Made by a program: the position numbers and the translations under genes. From positions 1-64,000 of IMG/VR virus record IMGVR_UViG_3300030095_006840: a DNA stretch of 64,000 nucleotides. One strand, given 5' to 3'. The notes beneath the pieces were generated by a model, which saw nothing but the letters and a program-made list of their open reading frames with translations, did not search any database and was not told where the DNA came from. Of this stretch, positions 57,472-64,000 are shown piece after piece (the stretch's first letter is position 1; each line of letters begins with the position of its first letter). Source of the DNA: a virus (taxonomy: Duplodnaviria; Caudoviricetes).

Positions 57472-58394
57472 AAAAAATATTAATCACTGGTGGTTCTGGC
57501 ATGGTCGGCAACTCACTACAAGAATATTTACCGGAAGCTTATTATGTCTCCTCTAAAGAGTGTGATCTTCGTATGTACGACGGGGTAAAATACCTATTCA
57601 ATTCAATAAAGCCAGATTATGTTATACATTTGGCCGCGAAAGTTGGTGGTGTAAAAGCAAACAGTGATTATTTAGGTGACTTTTATTATGATAATATCAC
57701 CATGAATAATAATATCTTAGAAGTATCTCGTCAAAAGAATGTTAAAAAAGTAGTGTCTCTTTTGAGCACTTGTATTTACCCCGACAAAGTAAACTATCCA
57801 CTGACAGAAGATCAGATCCATGCTGGCCCACCTCATAAATCCAACTATGCCTATGCTTATGCCAAAAGGATGTTAGACATCCAGTCACAAGCCTATCGGG
57901 ACCAGTATGGTTGCAATTTTATAACAGCAGTTCCAAATAATTTATTTGGAGAACATGACAATTTTCACTTAGAAGAATCCCATTTAATCCCAGCAATTAT
58001 TAGAAAAATGTATGAAGCAAAGCAGGACAATAAAGATGTTGTTTTATGGGGTGACGGAAAAGCAAAAAGAGAGTTTACTTACGCTAAAGATTTGTCTAAA
58101 ATTGTGTTATTATTACTTCAAGAATATAACGATAAAGAGCCAATTAATGTTGGCAACACAAACGAGTATACTATAAAAGAAGTTGCAGAAACAATAGCAG
58201 ATATTATGAATTTTAAGGGTGAAATAGTTTGGGACGAATCCAAACCAAAGGGTCAACATAGAAAACCATCCGATAATTCTAAGTTGTTGAGCATGGGATG
58301 GGACAATGAAGACTACACACCATTTAAAAAAGCACTTAAAAATACTTGCAATTGGTTTATTGAGAATTATCCAAATGTAAGAGGTGTGGGTTGA
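57468..58394 (+). CDS. fcl: GDP-L-fucose synthase
   Basis: GGSGMVG, LAAKVGG, STCIYP and YAYAK. Confidence 0.9.
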   Translation: MKKILITGGSGMVGNSLQEYLPEAYYVSSKECDLRMYDGVKYLFNSIKPDYVIHLAAKVGGVKANSDYLGDFYYDNITMNNNILEVSRQKNVKKVVSLLSTCIYPDKVNYPLTEDQIHAGPPHKSNYAYAYAKRMLDIQSQAYRDQYGCNFITAVPNNLFGEHDNFHLEESHLIPAIIRKMYEAKQDNKDVVLWGDGKAKREFTYAKDLSKIVLLLLQEYNDKEPINVGNTNEYTIKEVAETIADIMNFKGEIVWDESKPKGQHRKPSDNSKLLSMGWDNEDYTPFKKALKNTCNWFIENYPNVRGVG

Positions 58395-59356
58395 GAAAGG
58401 CAGTAATAACGGGAATTACCGGTCAAGACGGCTCATATCTGGCAAAATTTTTGCTGAATAAAGGGTATGAAGTCCACGGTTTAAAGCGAAGAACATCACT
58501 CATCAATACAGACCGAGTAGATGAGATATATAGTCATCCAAATTTCCACTTATCTTATTTCGACTTAAATGACACATCTGCTATATGGGATACTCTAATA
58601 AGGATTAAGCCCGACGAGATTTATAATTTAGCAGCACAATCTCATGTTCGCGTATCTTTTGATATTCCAGAAAACACCGTTGATGGTATTGCGATGGGAA
58701 CATTAAGAATTTTAAATGCTATGAAAACCGTTGTTCCTCAAGCCCGCTTTTATCAAGCATCATCATCGGAAATGTATGGCGATAATCCTAATTATCCATT
58801 TGACGAGGAATCAAAATTGATGCCCGCATCACCTTATGCGTGTGCAAAAACTTTCGCACATAATCTTGTAAGAAACTATCGTGAAAGTTATGGACTACAT
58901 GCATCTAGTGGAATACTTTTTAATCATGAATCCCCTTTGCGAGGCGAAACATTTGTTACACGTAAAATTACTTTAGCCGCCGCAAGAATTAAATTAGGAT
59001 TACAAGATAAGTTATTTTTGGGAAATCTGGATGCAAAACGAGATTGGGGCTTCGCAGGTGATTATGTTGAGGCAATGTGGCTAATGCTACAGCAAGACAA
59101 TCCGGATGATTACGTAATCTCCACCGGAGAAACACACACAGTACAAGAATTTTTAGAAAATGTATTTGAACATGCAGGTCTGAGCATTGAAAAGCATGTT
59201 GAAATCGATTCAAGACTTTTTCGCCCACAAGAGGTTCCTTATTTGTTGGGAAATAGTGATAAAGCAAAAAAAATATTAAAATGGGAACCAAAAATTAAAT
59301 TTAAAGAACTTTGCAAACTCATGTATGAGGCAGATTATGCAAGTGAAAAGGAGTAA
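58391..59356 (+). CDS. gmd: GDP-mannose 4,6-dehydratase
   Basis: [25 protein letters not shown] and [17 protein letters not shown]. Confidence 0.96.
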   Translation: MRKAVITGITGQDGSYLAKFLLNKGYEVHGLKRRTSLINTDRVDEIYSHPNFHLSYFDLNDTSAIWDTLIRIKPDEIYNLAAQSHVRVSFDIPENTVDGIAMGTLRILNAMKTVVPQARFYQASSSEMYGDNPNYPFDEESKLMPASPYACAKTFAHNLVRNYRESYGLHASSGILFNHESPLRGETFVTRKITLAAARIKLGLQDKLFLGNLDAKRDWGFAGDYVEAMWLMLQQDNPDDYVISTGETHTVQEFLENVFEHAGLSIEKHVEIDSRLFRPQEVPYLLGNSDKAKKILKWEPKIKFKELCKLMYEADYASEKE

Positions 59357-59358
59357 AA

Positions 59359-59547
59359 ATGAAACATAAATTATCAAATCAAGCTGTAGGAGCCCTAATG
59401 ATGGCTCTTCAAAAGTGTTTGCTAGAGCAATCAGATATTACAGAAATCTTAAAGGAGTTTGATTTTATTGTTGCTGACGAAGGATTGGTTGTAGAGAACC
59501 CACCATCATTTCATGTACAAGAACCAGCAGTAAATGAACTTGCTTAA
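59359..59547 (+). CDS. conserved small protein
   Basis: AAGGAG RBS. Confidence 0.6.
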   Translation: MKHKLSNQAVGALMMALQKCLLEQSDITEILKEFDFIVADEGLVVENPPSFHVQEPAVNELA

Positions 59548-59819
59548 TGCCTAAGTATGTTTATTACTGCCACTCTTGTGACCAATCTTACGAAATAAGA
59601 CACTCTCTATCAAAAGTACATAAAATATGTGAAATTTGTAATGTTGAGGGAGAGCTGGAGAGAAAGCCTGCTGGGTTTTTTTTAAATAAAAAAGTTGTGG
59701 AATTACATACAAATTCCAAACCTGGAAAGGTTGTAAAGGCAACTATAGAAGAGGCAAAAGAAGAATTGAAACTGGAACAAGCTAGACTAAAAAGTCGGGA
59801 GTATACTAACAATGATTGA
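59547..59819 (+). CDS. FmdB-family zinc-ribbon protein
   Basis: MPKYVYYCHSC...CEIC. Confidence 0.8.
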   Translation: MPKYVYYCHSCDQSYEIRHSLSKVHKICEICNVEGELERKPAGFFLNKKVVELHTNSKPGKVVKATIEEAKEELKLEQARLKSREYTNND

Positions 59820-60177
59820 TACATTTACCGTAGTGTTGATATTTTTAACCGCTGCCTCAATAGCACTTAATGTGATTTTATTTTTGTATTCTAGGCGTGT
59901 GCTTGTACGAGTATTTAATGCTGCCGAAGAACTATCGGCATTATTCACAAGAATGGATGCCTATAAAGAACATATAGAATCAGTCTATGAAATGCCCGTG
60001 TTTTATGGTGATGATACGTTAAAAAGTTTATTAGACCATTCAAATGACATGATTGACAACCTGAGAAAGTATGAGGATGTATATTCCTTTACACAACCAG
60101 ATTTATTGGAGCAATTAGCGGCAGCCACAGAAGAAACGGAGGACTCTTATGAAGAGGAAACGCCGCAAGAAAGGTAG
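59812..60177 (+). CDS. membrane-anchored hypothetical protein
   Basis: N-terminal TM segment. Confidence 0.6.
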   Translation: MIDTFTVVLIFLTAASIALNVILFLYSRRVLVRVFNAAEELSALFTRMDAYKEHIESVYEMPVFYGDDTLKSLLDHSNDMIDNLRKYEDVYSFTQPDLLEQLAAATEETEDSYEEETPQER

Positions 60178-60832
60178 TAATCAATATTTTACCAAGGTTC
60201 ACGAGAATGCAATTCTCGAATATCAAAAATGCACAACTCAAAAAGAACGCAATGAACTTTATAGGGACATAATACGCCCAGCGTTTTTGGAAATGATCAA
60301 CAAGATTGTTTTTACTTATAAGTTCACCAATTTGCCAAATGTTGACTCATTGAAGGATGAGTGCGAGATTCATCTTATTACTATTTTAAGTAACTTTGAT
60401 CCTAGCAAAGGCTCTAAGGCATTTTCTTATTTTAGTGTGATTACAAAAAATTGGTTTATTGCGAAAGTTAAAAAAACTGCTATTCAATTAAAAAGAGAAG
60501 CCGGTTATGAAGAAATCTCTAAACGAGTAGAAATGGACAAACTTGCAATCTATAATCAATATGATTACGAAAGAGAAAGAAAAGAGTTTATGGAGCATTT
60601 ATGGATGCAAATTAGTAAGTGGGAAAAACAAAATCTTAAAGATAATGAAAAAAAAGTATTAGAAGCTATAAAGATACTATTTCGTGATGCCGACTCCATT
60701 GAAATTTTTAACAAGAAAGCTATTTACTTGTATATTAGAGAGATTACGAATCTAAACACAAAACAGGTTTTAAACAATCTCCACCGTTTTAGGTTTGAAT
60801 ATGGTAATTTCAAGAAGAAGTGGAACGAATGA
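60149..60832 (+). CDS. phage sigma factor (gp55-like late sigma)
   Basis: Region-2-like NFDPSKGSKAFSYFSVITKN; N-terminal YF...AI.EY. Confidence 0.75.
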   Translation: MKRKRRKKGSNQYFTKVHENAILEYQKCTTQKERNELYRDIIRPAFLEMINKIVFTYKFTNLPNVDSLKDECEIHLITILSNFDPSKGSKAFSYFSVITKNWFIAKVKKTAIQLKREAGYEEISKRVEMDKLAIYNQYDYERERKEFMEHLWMQISKWEKQNLKDNEKKVLEAIKILFRDADSIEIFNKKAIYLYIREITNLNTKQVLNNLHRFRFEYGNFKKKWNE

Positions 60833-61122
60833 AAAAAGATTTTGAGTCATTAACCGAAGAGGCTATTGGGAATATAAGGGATGATCGAGAACAGACTAAA
60901 CAGCTTCTAAACGATCTCATAAAATATTTATCCAGCGACGAACACCGGCACAAAGAAGTTGGCATCACTGCTGCCAAATATGTTGAAACTCTTCAACGAT
61001 CAAACGAACAATTAGTTAAAATCGCTTCTTTGAAACAGAAAAGCCAAAAAGAAGATAGTAATCTCTCAGAAGAAGAAAGAGATGAAATTTTCAATCAGTT
61101 TCAAAATAGCGGTGATGACTAA
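60829..61122 (+). CDS. hypothetical helical protein
   Basis: ATGA overlap with the sigma gene. Confidence 0.6.
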   Translation: MKKDFESLTEEAIGNIRDDREQTKQLLNDLIKYLSSDEHRHKEVGITAAKYVETLQRSNEQLVKIASLKQKSQKEDSNLSEEERDEIFNQFQNSGDD

Positions 61123-62660
61123 TGAGTGATGTTAAAGAATTTTTAGATGTTTTAAATAGCCAATACGTAAAGTCAGAAAATCTTAAAAAACTAGGAATGG
61201 CTCCTGGAACTTATGATTATGTAGCTAGAGTGTTAAAAGTAACTGATCTCGATCAAGAGTTCCTAAGTGTAATGGAACAAAGCGATAGAGCTGCACAACA
61301 AAGTGATAAATCTAAAAAAATTAAGCCTGAGTATTTTTATAAAGCAAAATATCAAATAAGAGCTAGAATTTTAACTGAAGCTACACAAAATGGCCTGAAT
61401 GAGGGCAAACCTGAGACAAAGAAAAACCCTGACATACTTCTACCAGATCCGTGTAACCTTGATGAAGAAGAAGCCGCCCAAATAATCGGAATGCACCCTA
61501 AATATTATCCACTACGAGAAGATCTCAAAAAACCTCATGTAGGTGACATCATTAGAGTTCGCCGGTCAGTTGATGGAGATGAGTCCCAAAATTTTGGTAT
61601 TTATGTCGGCTTTGCGATTGAAGCACCTCCCATAGCCCTTCCTAAGCCCAAAAAGCGAAGAAGACCTCGATTTAATTATCGAAAACCCAGAAAGAAGGTT
61701 ACAAAACAACAGACAACACCACCAGTGCAATATAAAGGTCAACAATTGGCAGAGGTCGCAGCCCAAGCAGCAGAAGCCATTAATAACTATAATGCTCCAA
61801 AATCGACATCTTCGGTTGTTCAACAGCAAGGCCCATCCGACCCAAACCGCACCGGATTAGCGACCCCCGGTTTCGGATTGGCCCCGATAGACCCTAGATT
61901 AAACGTAGAGTTTGTGCAACCCCCCAATAAATCCATCTACAAAGGAATCCCTGATAGTTGGACCACAGTTGGAAGTGATAATTTTATTATATTGGAGAAT
62001 TTCATATTAGATAATGCTGAGGGCTTTCCAGGAATGCCCAATGGGAATACAAGGTTGTTTTTGAACAATGAAATAAGAAAAGATCTTGTCCAGGTAAAAG
62101 ACGGAACTATTAAAAATGAGGTTGTAAATTTCCCACCATCTCCCATCGAGTTTTCAAAACAGAAAAAATATTGGGAGTTGTGGTGGAATGGGTTAGGAAG
62201 TGGTCCACGAAGAAACATATCACCCCAGTACCGTGCAATCATAAAAAACGGTATACCACCAGAGCTTGGAAACACTAGATTTGGTTTTGGATCTTTCGAG
62301 TTTGATGATATAGAAAAATATTTTCCAAACAAAGAAATGAAAGAGTATGGCATCAACCACACAGGTGTTGAATGTATTGGAGATGCAGCATGTGAGATGT
62401 ACGCACTAATGATGTTTATTAAAATAAATTTTGGCACTATGTATCAATTCTCACAGATGATAGAGCAAACAAGAAATGGAAAACGCTCATTTGGCGATAG
62501 TCTTAAAAAATGCCAAACAGTATTAACAAGTAGACACAACACAGGAGCAACATTTCCAGAAACAATTGGAGATTATGTAATCGATTATACAGTTATGCCA
62601 ACAGCAAGTCAATTCAAATTTGGAATGTGTGGACCATATCCACCCGACGAAGATATATAA
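61122..62660 (+). CDS. hypothetical protein, possibly baseplate-associated
   Basis: 512 aa; OB-like PHVGDIIRV; located beside a spike-like gene. Confidence 0.45.
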   Translation: MSDVKEFLDVLNSQYVKSENLKKLGMAPGTYDYVARVLKVTDLDQEFLSVMEQSDRAAQQSDKSKKIKPEYFYKAKYQIRARILTEATQNGLNEGKPETKKNPDILLPDPCNLDEEEAAQIIGMHPKYYPLREDLKKPHVGDIIRVRRSVDGDESQNFGIYVGFAIEAPPIALPKPKKRRRPRFNYRKPRKKVTKQQTTPPVQYKGQQLAEVAAQAAEAINNYNAPKSTSSVVQQQGPSDPNRTGLATPGFGLAPIDPRLNVEFVQPPNKSIYKGIPDSWTTVGSDNFIILENFILDNAEGFPGMPNGNTRLFLNNEIRKDLVQVKDGTIKNEVVNFPPSPIEFSKQKKYWELWWNGLGSGPRRNISPQYRAIIKNGIPPELGNTRFGFGSFEFDDIEKYFPNKEMKEYGINHTGVECIGDAACEMYALMMFIKINFGTMYQFSQMIEQTRNGKRSFGDSLKKCQTVLTSRHNTGATFPETIGDYVIDYTVMPTASQFKFGMCGPYPPDEDI

Positions 62661-62672
62661 GGAAATGTAATC

Positions 62673-63749
62673 ATGGTAAAACCACCCAACAAACCAAATC
62701 CAACAAAACCAGCAATGGAAGCAGAATTGTGTGATAAGATCAGCAATTACCTGGATTCCAATGTAGATTCACAAGCTGCAAAAAATTGGAAAGATGGCAT
62801 TGGTGGTTCACAATTGCCAGAAGCATTGCCCACATTTATTGAACTGCCATGTGAAGATGTTTGGAAAGGACAAAACAATTCTTATATTGTTTTAGGGCGC
62901 GATAGACCTGGCGCACCTACAACAGGCTACAATGCTCATACACAAGCTGGAGCCATTGATATTGTGGTCGGTCGCATGGGTTCTGGCGTAGTAGCTTGTG
63001 CTGCTCCAAAATCAGAGTCGGGCGCAAGTAAAACGAAATCAAAAACAGCAAAAAACGCATCTAAAGATTATCCAAGTATTGGGCAAAAAACAGTGTTTGT
63101 ACATCCAATGTTCAAAGACGACGCTGCAAGAATATACATCAGTCAAAAATCCGATGTTGATGAAAATTTTAGTTTAGTTCCTGGGAATATTGGGTTTGTA
63201 GGACAAAAGACTCAAAAAATGGACTGGGGTCCAGCAGCTTGTATAGCAATGAAAGCTGACGATGTTAGACTTATTGCTCGAAGAGGCATCAAACTTGTCA
63301 CAATGGGTCCAGGTTCCGAAACAACATCTCAAAGTGAACAACCCATTAGAAGTGTTGCTGGTATTAATATTATTGCCGGAAACAAAACTGATGACAAATA
63401 CTTTTCTTTACAACCCATGATTAAAGGTGACAACCTTGTTGAATGTTTAAACGAGATTGTTGCTAAAATAAATTCATTATCAGGTATTGTTGGTTCTTTT
63501 TTGACCTTCCAACATGCCTTCAATAAAGAGATTGCCGCACACACTCACGTAGGTATGGATGGAAAAACCATATTACCAGCCAATCACGTTCTTGAAATGT
63601 TTGCTGGTCCGCGCTGCTCCTCTGCACTTTCAGTAAATGTACAGGAAGGTCTTGAAAATTTTAAGAAAAATATTGGTGCATTAAAACTAAATACATTATC
63701 ACCAACGAATGAAAAATATATCTGTAGTAGATGGAATTACGTTAATTAA
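62673..63749 (+). CDS. baseplate hub/spike-like protein
   Basis: Short beta-repeat segments (RIYISQ, DDVRLIAR.GIKL), KGD.L...L and a C-terminal HTH (His-x-His) apex motif. Confidence 0.55.
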   Translation: MVKPPNKPNPTKPAMEAELCDKISNYLDSNVDSQAAKNWKDGIGGSQLPEALPTFIELPCEDVWKGQNNSYIVLGRDRPGAPTTGYNAHTQAGAIDIVVGRMGSGVVACAAPKSESGASKTKSKTAKNASKDYPSIGQKTVFVHPMFKDDAARIYISQKSDVDENFSLVPGNIGFVGQKTQKMDWGPAACIAMKADDVRLIARRGIKLVTMGPGSETTSQSEQPIRSVAGINIIAGNKTDDKYFSLQPMIKGDNLVECLNEIVAKINSLSGIVGSFLTFQHAFNKEIAAHTHVGMDGKTILPANHVLEMFAGPRCSSALSVNVQEGLENFKKNIGALKLNTLSPTNEKYICSRWNYVN

Positions 63750-63750
63750 T

Positions 63751-64000
63751 ATGGCTGACAATAAAAAAGTAAAATCACTAGTAACAGTAAATTGGACTAG
63801 TTTAGACAACACCAGTGAGCCATTTTACCAGGCCGCTTCTGGTAGTCATCCAGATAGATATTCGGTTACAGTTGTATCAAAACATGAAACAACAGGTGGT
63901 CCACATCTACAAAACAGAATGAACCAAGCCAAAGAGCCTGGACTTTCTCGTATTTTAAAATATTATAGTAAAGTAGGAAACGACAAGCTTCATGAAGATG
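63751..64000 (+). CDS. partial ORF running off the window end
   Basis: ATG 63751; open frame to base 64000. Confidence 0.6.
   Translation, partial: MADNKKVKSLVTVNWTSLDNTSEPFYQAASGSHPDRYSVTVVSKHETTGGPHLQNRMNQAKEPGLSRILKYYSKVGNDKLHED

Noticed and set aside
37137-59356. Bacterial O-antigen or capsule locus (window being chromosomal)
   Set aside because: No flippase, polymerase or export genes; flanked by phage-type sigma, baseplate-like and PhoH genes; no housekeeping operons in 64 kb.
285-63544. Numerous 60-235 aa minus-strand and off-frame ORFs in the track (for example 10268-10975, 27931-28371, 61937-62437)
   Set aside because: They overlap better-supported + strand genes and show no RBS or recognisable motifs.
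1-64000. Alternative genetic code (stop-codon reassignment)
   Set aside because: Well-known genes are full length under code 11, and TAA, TAG and TGA all occur as natural stops.

Overview
This window looks like part of a large (jumbo-type) tailed dsDNA phage genome: AT-rich, standard genetic code, and almost all genes on the + strand. Support for a phage origin comes from a gp55-like late sigma factor, baseplate-like genes, PhoH, UvsE, HNH and Cas4-like nucleases, and dense small ORFs. Myxococcota-style proteins (Cys-rich DNDCDG repeats with vWA; AT-hook proteins) hint at a Myxococcota/deltaproteobacterial host, but this is inference. Layout: (1) 1-7.8 kb: adhesin-like protein, lytic transglycosylase, MoxR-type AAA plus vWA/peptidase pair, AT-hook proteins. 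(2) 4.3-15.3 kb (overlapping block 1): early-type region with 15 promoters that have an unusual G-starting -10 (TTGAC-N17/18-GANAAT), a fixed-position upstream box, a recurring CACTGTCCC 9-mer, a 12-bp-periodic TTGCA array and a GC-rich G-tract element. (3) 15-17.8 kb: tandem array of small SH3/KOW-like barrel paralogs. (4) 18.7-21.4 kb: intact glyoxylate shunt (aceB-aceA), then tRNA-Thr and a porin-like gene. (5) 27-31 kb: probable head/internal proteins. (6) 31.5-31.9 kb: an unidentified pseudoknotted RNA candidate directly upstream of an unusually short (242 nt) tmRNA. (7) 37-59 kb: about 22 kb of glycan biosynthesis genes, including a KdsA plus NeuA-like ulosonic acid module. (8) 60-64 kb: late sigma factor and baseplate-like genes. 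All family assignments come from motifs recognised by eye; no database searches were run.
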